Assembly (NCBI RefSeq): GCF_001194135.2
Contig: NC_068990.1
Location: 85,443,935 to 85,491,971 of the forward strand
Origin: Octopus bimaculoides
Taxonomy: Eukaryota
DNA: 48,037 bases
Direction of reading: 5' to 3'
The notes below the pieces were generated by a model, which did not search any database, was not told the DNA's origin, and saw only the letters and a list, made by a program, of their open reading frames with translations. This document shows positions 1 through 12,045 of the stretch, in pieces; position 1 is the stretch's first letter; each line of letters begins with the position of its first letter. The translations under genes and the position numbers were made by a program.

Positions 1-134
1 TCTGTTCCTCTCTCTTTCTCATCTCTCACGTATTTTCTATTCATTCTCTCCAATTGCAATTTAAACCAAACATTCCCCAGGTGTATCTACCTTGTAAATA
101 TATATATGTACATACATATATATATATGTACATA

Positions 135-170
<36 letters not shown>

Positions 171-176
171 CGTATA

Positions 177-1353
177 CGTTCATAAAATGAAGATTGTTAT
201 CATATTATGAACTTATGTTAAATATAGGTATAAGTGAAATTTTGGCCCATGCTTGTAAAAGTGGGAACTGCTCATGTATTTGTGTGAAAACTGAATTTAA
301 CATAAAAGGGGATTAAGCTTGCTAAAAGTACGGGCAACATGGGCAGTCTCCCGGGGTGCCACATGCTAAGAGAGATCTTCGAGATATGAAGACAGATTAA
401 ATTTTTAGTAATTCTGTCAACTGAAAATGTTATTGTAAAAATGATGATTATAGAAGAAAATGCTTCAAAAACATTTACAGATCTAAAGACCAGAAAATAT
501 TTCAATTCGCAAGTCTACATTAGAATATCTGTTGTTTTGTTTACATTTTTAATTTATTAGATCATTCGTTATATCAAAAGAAGAATATCAACGACACCCC
601 TCGTATTTTCCCTCTCTTACCCAGCCTCCCTCCTCTGATCATTTGTAATAAATTAGATTGAGACCATTGTCAGGATAATTTTAAAAGATATCACCAAATG
701 GGAAATTGTAATCGTAAAAATAAAATGTTAACTACAATACGAAATAAACAATTCAAACATAGTATCAAAGTTTTAGATCCTTTCATTAATATGACTTGAA
801 GAAATAAACAAAGAGAAAAGAGAAAAGAAAGAGATCAAGACACGGTATTTGTGTTGCTGACAATGGTGTCCCTATATTTTATTACAAATGATCAGTGGAG
901 AAAAATACTAAGGGTTTCGTTCATGTCCTGTAAATATGACGAATAATTTAATAAAGAATGTAAACGAAAGAACAGATACTGTAAAGCAGACATTATGCGA
1001 TTTGACACGTATTTTCTCGCCTTTAGATCTGCAAATGTTTCAAAGGCATTTTCTTCTGTTGTCATCATTTTCACAATATCATTTACAGTGGATAGAATTG
1101 CTGAAAATTTAATCTGTCTTTATATCTAGAAAATCCAAATGCATGGTGTGATTCCGCCTAGCACGTGGAACCCCGGGAGACTGCCCATGTTGCCGGTACT
1201 TTTAGCAATTTTAATTCCTTTTTCTTTTAAATTCACTTTTCACAGATATATGAGCAGTTTTCACTTTTACAAGCATGGACCAAGATTTCACTTATAATTA
1301 TATTTAACACAATAAATGTTCGTAATACGATAATAGCCTTCATTTTAGGAACC
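177..1353. mobile_element. Foldback/MITE-like element with ~497-bp imperfect inverted arms (177-673 and 857-1353) and a 183-bp spacer
   Basis: Arms are reverse complements along their length (about 75-80% by eye). A 25-bp block is perfect (333-357 vs 1170-1194). Ends read CGTTCATAAAATGAAG and GGTTCCTAAAATGAAG (rc). TA flanks both ends, inside a (TATG)n tract. Confidence 0.75.
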
Positions 1354-1548
1354 TATGTATGCATGTATGTATGTATGTATGTATGTATTATGTATGTATG
1401 AATATTTATGTATGTAGATAGATAGTGTTGTGTCGACGCCCCCAGACGATGAAGTAGGTTAGCCTATTACGTAGATATAGAGGGAGAAGTCTAGACGTCG
1501 TAGTATTGGAGTAGAGGTCATCCGAGCGTGTGATATAACAGGTAGATA

Positions 1549-1552
<4 letters not shown>

Positions 1553-1621
<69 letters not shown>
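1553..1621. repeat. (GATA)n microsatellite, one example of the many (TA)n, (CA)n, (CT)n, (TATG)n, (CAT)n, (TAG)n and (AAT)n tracts in the window
   Basis: Pure tetranucleotide array read directly from the sequence. Confidence 0.98.
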
Positions 1622-1622
<1 letters not shown>

Positions 1623-1675
1623 GTGTATGTATAGTGACTGAAGAAGTTTAAGTCAACAAATAAAACACTCATTAT

Positions 1676-2160
1676 CTATAATAATAAAAGCGAAATTGTG
1701 TCTGTCCATTTGGGACCCCGCAGCCTACAATTGTTCTACATAGACAAATTAGACGTTTTTGGAATCAGAATGATCCCAGGATTGAAAATCTGCCCTTCAT
1801 TTGGTTCTTGAACATCCAGCATTAGGACCTGATTTAGAAGCATTTGGTTTGCTATTTTGTAGCAGGTAAATCGTGGCTGATTCACGCCATCTTGGTGACG
1901 TCAGAGATGGAAAGGGTGGTAAATGTGGTAAATGACATTCGCTTCGTTTAGAGAAGAACTTTGGGACAAATTGGCCAACAGTTGGAATTCAACTTGGGAC
2001 TGGAACAATAGAATGATGCATTACAGAATAAATTCTCGTCCATCCTTAACCTCTGATCAAACACCACTGGGTCATAAAGTCACTATAGATGTATTATAAT
2101 CATGCTATTTAGCTCCCTTTAGTTTTGGGCTACTGGTCCAATTAGCCCGCCGCAAGCGAT
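1676..2160 (+). mobile_element. Possible non-autonomous Helitron-like remnant (only the 5' end is recognisable)
   Basis: Begins A|TCTATAATAATAAAAGCGAAATTGTGTCTGTC, similar to Helitron 5' TC termini. No clean hairpin plus CTAG 3' end found, so the right boundary is a guess. Confidence 0.3.
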
Positions 2161-2214
2161 GAATTGGCAGTCATTAGAGCCTTGGATAGAACAACTTCCA
2201 GAATTTGTTCAAAC

Positions 2215-2295
2215 TCTCTGTTCTGAGTTCAAATTCCACCGAGATAGACCTGGATTTTCATCCTTTCGGAGTCGATAAAATAAAGTACCAGTCGA
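2215..2295 (+). mobile_element. tRNA-derived SINE fragment, family A
   Basis: B-box-like GAGTTCAAATTCC followed by TTTCATCCTTTCGGAGTCGATAAAATAAAGTACCAG. Same family recurs on the minus strand near 3232-3345, 7624-7709, 7915-8040, 34310-34390 and 39620-39770. Confidence 0.8.
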
Positions 2296-4636
2296 GAGTA
2301 GTTGATTAACGAAACCCTTAGGATGTCGCATGGGATGGGATGCTTTGTTGTGTCTATTCCAGCTCTCTGTCAACTCTGACGTCAACGTCTGCGGCCACGT
2401 TGTTCTTCAGCTACGATGGCTCACACCTTTCTTTTGGACAAGGAGAGAGGGGATTAGAATGCATGGGAAACTGCTAGCCTTCCACATTAACTTTGCCCAT
2501 GCCTTGCAACAGGCTTCAAAATTTCACAGATAAGATTCATATTAACTGAGATTATTACGATTAGTAATTTTTATTTTTTATGTCTGAAATATGAAAGAAG
2601 AAGCTAACTTCAACGGGATTTGTACTCTGAACACAATAAGACAAAATCCGAATGCTGAATAACATATTCAAACTAGATATGTATTGCGTCAACTTGAGTA
2701 GTCTCAGAAAGTGCTACACTGATTAATGGTATAGTTTATATCTTCTGAATAAAACCACTGAAATACATAGATATAAGTTGATACTCTGGTATTTCATATA
2801 TTATTGAATATTAACTTTGTCGACTGAGCACAAAGTTTTTATATATTGGAGGAAGAGAAAAGAGGAAATTATGAATTCCATGCACTTCTCAATGTCATCA
2901 AAGGGTGGGAAGTTACTTCAGCTTGGGATTGAAACTACTTCAGTCATTTGTTTTTTAGTAGCATGATCTTGAAACAGTAGCCATGCTTTTTTGAAAGCCT
3001 TCTATGAAGGTCGTATAAAGAGAACGGATCTCATTAAAGGAGTCGAACCAACTATCAGTCATTTGCCAGATGACTGTGCTACCGATTACACCAAATAAGT
3101 CTTGAATACGAGGTCACCTTTTAGCCTATAGTGTTCACCACTCTCATATCTAACCTTGATCTTTCCCAAGCTTCGAGGAAGAATAAAGTTGTTTGAAAAT
3201 GACTTCTAATATATTACTGGTATTATTCAACCGATTCCGTTGAGATGAAAAGAAAAGCCAATCCCAGACGGAATTTGGACTCAGAATGTGAAAAAGAGAC
3301 ATCGCTAAATACTCCCAGATATCTAGGCCAGCGCTCTGCCGCTCATGGCTAAGTTATTTGCAGCGGTTACTGTTATCATTGTCGGTGTGTGCAGTCTATA
3401 AACATGAGAGCAGCAACAATTTAAAGAGAAAACCAATACGTTGACCTCTCACCTAAACTTCATACAGATTATAATCTATACTGAGAAGAAACAAAATGTA
3501 TGCCTATGTCTGGTGCATAGGAAGGCTGGGGAAACAAACAACTAAGACATTGTGATAAAGACGATGTTTAGAATGTAGGACCGCTCTTCCCGGGTGGGTG
3601 CAGCAGACGAACGAGAAATAGCAGAGTAAAATAAGCTGTGATTTATCGAAATATATAATCTGTGCTGAATAATATTGATAGATAACGCCATTTTGGAGAA
3701 AAATGACAAGGCGTTGCTGTCAGTGTTGAGTCCGTGGGGCGGGGGAAATAAAATATGTGTGAAAAGGGGAGACCGAATGAGACGGTGTGTCACAGTGGAG
3801 ACGGCACGAGATCATCCAGTTCCGAGGTACATATTGGCATTGTAATAGCTGTAGACTACAAATGAGTTATCATATTTATGAAGCAAGCTGTACCCCAACA
3901 AACAGACGATAAGTGCAGTTTGTGAGGTTGCCTGGAAATGTCACGTAAAACGCCAGTAGTAAAGAAAAGAAAAAAAGTAGAAAGCTGCAACGATTAAAAT
4001 AAATCTGAATAAATTCGAGATAAACTTACTTTTATCCTAAACATATTAAAGCATTGCCAACATATGTTTCCTATAACGTAACATGTCATTTTGTAAGAAG
4101 ACCGTCCCTTGAGGCAGAGGACGAACAGACAAGAAATAAGAATGGCGAGGCGATAATGCAGTCTGGAAAGCTATAAGAAAAGAGGATAGAGAAGAATAAA
4201 ATAAACAAGCTACAACGCATGTGTGCATATGTGCGCGCGCACCCATGTCTGTACGTGTGTGCGCTTGTGCGCTTGTCTGTATACGTGTATGTCGACTTGA
4301 GAGTATGGAAAGAGACTAACCCAAATGCTAGGCAATGGAATAAAATTCGGAATCTCAATACTAAGAAGGGAACTTCTTAAGTACACGGCTGCCTTCTACG
4401 GTTTCAGTCTCCTGAAGCATATTGAATAGACAATGTAAAAACCTCTACGATAGACCACACTTGTACTTCAAAGGGCAAGCGTTGCCACAATCTGTGTCCT
4501 GCTGTTTCTGCCGCTTACAATATAACTTTATGGTTAGAGTTCAGTTGGTCAAATAACTGGAATACTCGTCGACGAAGCCAACGTAGATATACTCACTGTA
4601 TTTTACATACCATTATATATATGTGTGTGTAAAAAT

Positions 4637-4671
<35 letters not shown>

Positions 4672-5534
4672 NNNNNNNNNNNNNNNNNNNNNNNNNNNNN
4701 NNNNNNNNNNNNNNNNNNNNNNNNNNNNNNNNNNNNNNNNNNNNNNNNNNNNNNNNNNNNNNNNNNNNNNNNNNNNNNNNNNNNNNNNNNNNNNNNNNNN
4801 NNNNNNNNNNNNNNNNNNNNNNNNNNNNNNNNNNNNNNNNNNNNNNNNNNNNNNNNNNNNNNNNNNNNNNNNNNNNNNNNNNNNNNNNNNNNNNNNNNNN
4901 NNNNNNNNNNNNNNNNNNNNNNNNNNNNNNNNNNNNNNNNNNNNNNNNNNNNNNNNNNNNNNNNNNNNNNNNNNNNNNNNNNNNNNNNNNNNNNNNNNNN
5001 NNNNNNNNNNNNNNNNNNNNNNNNNNNNNNNNNNNNNNNNNNNNNNNNNNNNNNNNNNNNNNNNNNNNNNNNNNNNNNNNNNNNNNNNNNNNNNNNNNNN
5101 NNNNNNNNNNNNNNNNNNNNNNNNNNNNNNNNNNNNNNNNNNNNNNNNNNNNNNNNNNNNNNNNNNNNNNNNNNNNNNNNNNNNNNNNNNNNNNNNNNNN
5201 NNNNNNNNNNNNNNNNNNNNNNNNNNNNNNNNNNNNNNNNNNNNNNNNNNNNNNNNNNNNNNNNNNNNNNNNNNNNNNNNNNNNNNNNNNNNNNNNNNNN
5301 NNNNNNNNNNNNNNNNNNNNNNNNNNNNNNNNNNNNNNNNNNNNNNNNNNNNNNNNNNNNNNNNNNNNNNNNNNNNNNNNNNNNNNNNNNNNNNNNNNNN
5401 NNNNNNNNNNNNNNNNNNNNNNNNNNNNNNNNNNNNNNNNNNNNNNNNNNNNNNNNNNNNNNNNNNNNNNNNNNNNNNNNNNNNNNNNNNNNNNNNNNNN
5501 NNNNNNNNNNNNNNNNNNNNNNNNNNNNNNNNNN
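4672..5534. other. Assembly gap. Other gaps: 9054-9612, 10370-10906, 13023-13107, 15921-16408, 17069-17667, 21363-21960, 22942-23817, 26924-26933, 27631-27874, 30019-30231, 33837-33846, 40618-41422
   Basis: Runs of N, most of them bordered by simple repeats. Confidence 1.
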
Positions 5535-5675
5535 CAACACATCCTTCAACACCATCATCATTGAAATATATTCACATTCCACATGTACCGCCACCCTTCT
5601 CCGACCCAGCGTCTGCGACACTAAAATATCTGGCCAATGAGATAAACAATACAAGTACTTACATCCATATACAGA

Positions 5676-5732
<57 letters not shown>

Positions 5733-6585
5733 ACACATTCAGACACACACACATACAGACACATGCATACATATACATGCATGCGTATTTACGCACACAT
5801 ACATACATGAATACATTTATATATATATACATATATATATTTATAAAACCAAACCCTAAAGCCTTACCCAAATACACAAACGCAAACATAGGTGTGTGTG
5901 TAAGTCTGTCTGTTTGTCTATCTATCTGTGTGCGTCTGTGTGTGTAAATGAGTGTATAAATGTGTGTATGTGTGTGCGTGTGCATGTGTGTGCGTGTGCA
6001 CGTGTGTGCGTGTGCATGTGTGTGCGTATGTGTCATATTAAAAACACAATTGTGCTTTCAAAACGAAACAAGTTTTTTTTCTTCGTATTATGTGTGACTT
6101 CCTTTCGTTTGAAATAATGAAGTTCACAAAATTATTAACATTTCTACACATTCACAGTCACATCTTCATGACAACGTGATATTGGTGTATGCTGCTGCCT
6201 CTTTATTGTAGGAAGGGCTAATGCGACTTGTGCAAGAACTACCGCTGGAATTCTAGTTTTTACACCACTTGGGTTGAACAAAATAAACACAAGGTACACA
6301 CTATATAGCTTTTGTGAACTCACCAGTAGATATTTAGAAAGTTACAGAACGATTTCTTAAACAACTCCAGAACATAATCCAGAAGGATACAAATAAAGCT
6401 TTGAACAATAAACCAATCTATTTCATAAGCATAAATTCGATAGGAGTTGATGTGAAGTTTACACCTTCAAGACTAACTGTTATATTGATATGCGCTCACA
6501 ACATTTTGCCGCCGAATTTTTATGCCCTTAAACCAAGAGACAACTGCAATGCACTACGTTGCACAACACAGAACAGACCCAGATT

Positions 6586-6822
6586 GGAAAACATTGTTGG
6601 CAGCAGAGCTGTACTCCGCAGATTCACCCATAAAAATAGTTGATTGATGATGGAAGCGAAACTCATAATGTAGCACCAGTCTAAACTTAATACACAGATG
6701 TCGTACGCTAAACACAAACAAAAATAAACACCTCGTATTGACATTGGCTCTGCCTGCTATAAAGAGGAGGAAATACACACGAAATTTCAACCTGAAGTCT
6801 CGTGCGTGCGTAAGCGTGTGTG

Positions 6823-6881
<59 letters not shown>

Positions 6882-7298
6882 CGTTGTGTCATTATAGTGG
6901 GCAGGGCCGTTGTGACTACGAAAGTGTGAAAACGTTGAACGTTGATGATGGATTTAGGATCTGATAGAGACAAACTGCAAGAAACTGATGCGAAAAAAAA
7001 CCCCCGAAAAAGATGAAAACGAAACAACACTTAAAACTAGAATATAATCGTGATTTCAATACAACGTGTCTAAAAGAAAGGCTGTTCCCAACACATTCAA
7101 GTTTGTATGTGTGTGCGTGTGACTGTGTGTTTGTGTGTATGTGTATGCTCACATATACATATGCATCAATGCATACATACATGCATACAATCATACATAC
7201 ACACATATATATGATGTATGCATGTATGTATGTGTGCATGCGCATACACGAGTGCGAGCAGCATTAATTCTTTACCATACCTGCCACCCTTTTCCCAC

Positions 7299-7393
<95 letters not shown>

Positions 7394-7902
7394 ACTATTG
7401 AGACTGTACTTATTTCACCTCGAATTAAGTGATGACTTCTTGTCTTGACAAAGGAGGATTCAAAGTAAACGATTTGTTAAGATAAAAAATGCTGAGCAAC
7501 CGTTGCAGACAAAACTACGCCCTGTTTCAACGACATGCTATATATGTATATAACTAAAGTGCGTGTATATACAGGGTGCGCCGGGTATTTGTGCATAAAC
7601 TTTAGTGGGAGACAGCTTAATGTAATATTGGTTTCAAATTTTAGCACAAAACCAGCAATTCCGAGGGTGGGAGGTAAGTCGATTACATAGACCCCCAAAT
7701 CAGAACTGGTGTGTATTTCCACCTCTTTATAATAGACAGGGCCAATGTCAACACGAGGTGTTTGTTTCTGTTTGTGTTTAGCGTACGACATCTGTGTATT
7801 AAGTTTAGCATCGTGTTATGTGATGAGGATTGCTGCCCTCATCAATCAACTGTTTTTATAGTGGATTCTGTACATATAGCTCTGTTGCCTACACAGCTTT
7901 CC
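6586..7902. repeat. Inverted repeat pair with ~195-bp arms (6586-6780 and 7709-7902) and a 928-bp spacer
   Basis: Arms are colinear reverse complements. A 40-bp core is perfect (6681-6720 vs 7769-7808). No target-site duplication seen. Confidence 0.9.
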
Positions 7903-8384
7903 CTTTCATCGTTTTGAAGGTAGAAAGGATGCAAGGCGTAGTCGACCCTGGTTGAATTTGAACTCAGAGCATAAAGGCAGACGAAATGCTGGTAAGCATT
8001 TTGCCCGTCGTGCTAACGATTCCGCCAGCTCGCAGCCTTGCGGCTTGACGTAACGTTACGTCGCACGCGACATACTTTAAACCTTTTTCATTTCTCTTTA
8101 AGACATAGCGTCAGCATCAACAGTGCCACCCCTTCTCTCTTGGGATGAAACTTGGCTAACTAAATTGTTCAGTGAAAGCCATTGTAATTCGCTGCCTGAC
8201 CAATTTGTACAATCCACTGTTCATCAAACAGCGAATAAATTTACTATAAGCTCAGAGACTGGTTTCTTATATTATATTTTGATGAGATATTTCTTCAATG
8301 AATATATTATATAAAATATCGTAAAATATTAAATATTATTATCGACTAAGAAAACGAAGAGATCTAATATATCCATTAGATCTC

Positions 8385-8800
8385 TGGGGGCTGTCCAATG
8401 AAGCCTTCAACACTGACTATTTGGCCCCCAACTGTGAAGCATGGAGCTGACTCTGTGATGATATAGGCGACGATATCAAAGAATTCTCTTGGCCTTTTCG
8501 TTGTTCTACATAGCACACTTAACGTCCAGGATCATGTCCTTCCTATGGTACAAACAATGTTCCCTTGTTGCAGTGCATATGCACTGATTTACACGGATGA
8601 TGTTATCCAAATTTGGAACGAAGAGCATAAAAGTAAAAGAGACCATTTGGATTGGTCCCTCCATAATAATCATACCTCACTCAATATAATCAAACATTTG
8701 TATTGGATTCTCAAGCAGCAAGTGAGGAGCTGCTTCCTCTGCCATCATCGCCCAAAGAGCTCAAAATTTCACTAGAAAACGTTTAAAATCTGTACGGAAC
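8385..8800 (+). mobile_element. Decayed Tc1-family transposase fragment (DDE domain region)
   Basis: Translates as PTVKHGADSVMI*ATIS...DHVLPMVQTMFP...LNIIKHLYWILKQQVRS, matching the Tc1 pattern PTVKHGGGSVMVW...LNIIE.LW. Contains a stop and deletions. Confidence 0.8.
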
Positions 8801-8855
8801 AATCCTTGACGAATTAAAGCCATGACTGATACACACATTTATATATATATACATT

Positions 8856-8890
<35 letters not shown>

Positions 8891-9053
8891 GGGGAGAATT
8901 CACAAAAAAACAAAAGACAAAGACAGGTGGTGTAGACAACAAACAGATGTATTAGTATAATGCTCGGGAAGTGAAAAAGTCTTTAACGTTTCTAGCCTGC
9001 GCTCTTCAACAGAAAGAAACAAGGAGAGAAAATAAAGAAGGTGTACTGGCTAG
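8891..9053 (-). mobile_element. Probable Penelope-like element 3' end abutting (TA)n
   Basis: Minus strand carries CTGTTGAAGAGC..GCTAGAAACGTT, resembling the CTGATGAAG...CGAAACGT motif of Penelope pseudo-LTRs. Truncated by a gap; family assignment is from recall. Confidence 0.45.
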
Positions 9054-10162
9054 NNNNNNNNNNNNNNNNNNNNNNNNNNNNNNNNNNNNNNNNNNNNNNN
9101 NNNNNNNNNNNNNNNNNNNNNNNNNNNNNNNNNNNNNNNNNNNNNNNNNNNNNNNNNNNNNNNNNNNNNNNNNNNNNNNNNNNNNNNNNNNNNNNNNNNN
9201 NNNNNNNNNNNNNNNNNNNNNNNNNNNNNNNNNNNNNNNNNNNNNNNNNNNNNNNNNNNNNNNNNNNNNNNNNNNNNNNNNNNNNNNNNNNNNNNNNNNN
9301 NNNNNNNNNNNNNNNNNNNNNNNNNNNNNNNNNNNNNNNNNNNNNNNNNNNNNNNNNNNNNNNNNNNNNNNNNNNNNNNNNNNNNNNNNNNNNNNNNNNN
9401 NNNNNNNNNNNNNNNNNNNNNNNNNNNNNNNNNNNNNNNNNNNNNNNNNNNNNNNNNNNNNNNNNNNNNNNNNNNNNNNNNNNNNNNNNNNNNNNNNNNN
9501 NNNNNNNNNNNNNNNNNNNNNNNNNNNNNNNNNNNNNNNNNNNNNNNNNNNNNNNNNNNNNNNNNNNNNNNNNNNNNNNNNNNNNNNNNNNNNNNNNNNN
9601 NNNNNNNNNNNNGTTCCGATTTCAAATTCCGCCGACGTCCACTTTCAACCTTTCGGAGAGAAATTGTGGAATGCGTTACAGCTCTTTGAAATGTTTTACA
9701 ATGCCACTAATTGACCGGGCTTGCAGGATGCGAATTAGGGGCTTTCAGCTTTTTATTTATTTATTTATTTATTTATTTTACTTTCTCGCAAGACCCGGTA
9801 TTTCCACGGCTCCATGCAAATCTGATGTTAAATATCTTATCACTCCTATAAAAAATATGTATTAATGTTGATTTATAACCGGAATATAAAAGCTGTATGT
9901 TCCGTATCCATTCACCATAAAAATTCTTTCTTCACAACTTCAGATAAGGCATTTTAACATTTGCTCTTCTCTGCGACAGTGCTTCGCTTTTGGTCTCTCC
10001 TATGGATGAGAATTTGTTGTTCTCGTAATGTTTGCTTGTTTTGCATGCGTGTTTGTTTGTTTGTTTTTATGTCCCACCAGTTTTCATTTGTTTATAAACG
10101 CATGGATACATTCTGGTTTTAGTTTGCCGTCTGCATGAACGTCAGAACAATCTTTCCTGCAG

Positions 10163-10270
10163 ATATAATTGTAAAGAGTTTAGACAACAATGCTATGTCT
10201 CGTACGAAAGTGGAAACTTACGGACGTTTTTAGACAACTGCTGCTAATGTTGGTGAACTCTTCTATACAG
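10163..10270 (+). other. Candidate non-coding (UTR or lncRNA) exon
   Basis: Acceptor CTTTCCTGCAG|AT and consensus donor CAG|GTAAGT. 108 nt, with stops in all three frames. Confidence 0.3.
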
Positions 10271-10317
10271 GTAAGTCACAATTAACATTTTCTATCATAC
10301 CATTGAGGTTTGCAAAT

Positions 10318-10369
<52 letters not shown>

Positions 10370-11749
10370 NNNNNNNNNNNNNNNNNNNNNNNNNNNNNNN
10401 NNNNNNNNNNNNNNNNNNNNNNNNNNNNNNNNNNNNNNNNNNNNNNNNNNNNNNNNNNNNNNNNNNNNNNNNNNNNNNNNNNNNNNNNNNNNNNNNNNNN
10501 NNNNNNNNNNNNNNNNNNNNNNNNNNNNNNNNNNNNNNNNNNNNNNNNNNNNNNNNNNNNNNNNNNNNNNNNNNNNNNNNNNNNNNNNNNNNNNNNNNNN
10601 NNNNNNNNNNNNNNNNNNNNNNNNNNNNNNNNNNNNNNNNNNNNNNNNNNNNNNNNNNNNNNNNNNNNNNNNNNNNNNNNNNNNNNNNNNNNNNNNNNNN
10701 NNNNNNNNNNNNNNNNNNNNNNNNNNNNNNNNNNNNNNNNNNNNNNNNNNNNNNNNNNNNNNNNNNNNNNNNNNNNNNNNNNNNNNNNNNNNNNNNNNNN
10801 NNNNNNNNNNNNNNNNNNNNNNNNNNNNNNNNNNNNNNNNNNNNNNNNNNNNNNNNNNNNNNNNNNNNNNNNNNNNNNNNNNNNNNNNNNNNNNNNNNNN
10901 NNNNNNCTCTCTTCCCCCTCACTCACGCCTTTCTTTTTGCCGTAACTATTTCCTATTCCTGGCTGACCAACGTGTTTCCTGTAAGCGAGACATAATGATA
11001 TCACTTATCACTGATCCACGACGGGTTCCTCTTTCTGCCTATACTGTTATTCCCCTAGATCATAGGATATCTATTCCTGCATCACTTTCTCCTGATATCA
11101 TTATTGTTCTTCTCTTGATTTCTATTTAAATCAGTCAAGCTATCACTGGATTACACAGAGCAACAACACATGTATGTGCAGATCTGCATGTTTCATGTAT
11201 GTATTCTCATGAGTATAGTTGCCTATCTAGACATGCTCATATATATTTAAATGATAAACTTCTGGAAAGTTTTACAGACTTTTGCAGTTCCAGTGATGGC
11301 TTGGGTCTGTAGTCTTTGAATTAGCTTTCTCCTTAAAGAAGCCTAATTTCTCAAGGTTGGTATTTAAGCAGTGCGAATGTATGTATGCATGCACGCATGT
11401 ATGTATGAATGTATTATATTACGACGCAGGCACAACCAAATAATTAAGAAATTCGCTACGCAATTATGTCTTGAGTTCCATCCTACTCCATGATATCTTT
11501 GCCATAACTTCTTGTTTACACATACACACCATATGAGTAAAATTGGGTCAACGGAAACTGTGCTGAAGCTTGCCGGATTGACTGAGTCTGTGATGCAAAG
11601 AATCCGACTGGCTCCACAGATTATCCCGCTGATTCGTGTCGAGTATCATGCTAAGGTCGCACGTGTTTGTAGAATTGCATACATGTAGAATTACATATAT
11701 GAGTGTGTATACATATATATATATATACATACATATAAATATATTTACT

Positions 11750-11793
<44 letters not shown>

Positions 11794-11794
11794 C

Positions 11795-12045
11795 ATTCTT
11801 TTATTCTTCTACTTGTTTCAGTCATTTTGACTGCGGCCATGCTGAAGCACCGCCTTGAAAGATTTTCGACTTATTTTTTAAGCCTAGTATTTATTCTATC
11901 GGTTATTTTTTGCCGAACTGCTAAGTTACGGTGAACACAGCAATACGGGTTGACAAGCGGTGATGAACACATACACACACACACATATATAAATATATAT
12001 AGGGCGGGCTTCTTTCAATTTCCGTCTAACAAATACACTTTGAAA
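11795..12045 (-). mobile_element. CORE-type SINE, family B (internal CA/TA tract, GACTGAAACAAGTA tail)
   Basis: Shares CTTGTTTCAGTCATTTGACTGCGGCCATGCTG...GCCGAACTGCTAAGT with copies near 13135-13300, 35400-35465, 39085-39160 and 43165-43520 (minus) and 36655-36870 (plus). Confidence 0.85.

Noticed and set aside
4593-5947. Long ORFs of 200-440 aa here and at the other large gaps
   Set aside because: They are open only because N codons cannot be stops; their flanks are simple repeats.
9714-9799. Short inverted repeat around a (TTTA)n tract
   Set aside because: Only 11-12 bp with a bulge and no TSD; compatible with chance.
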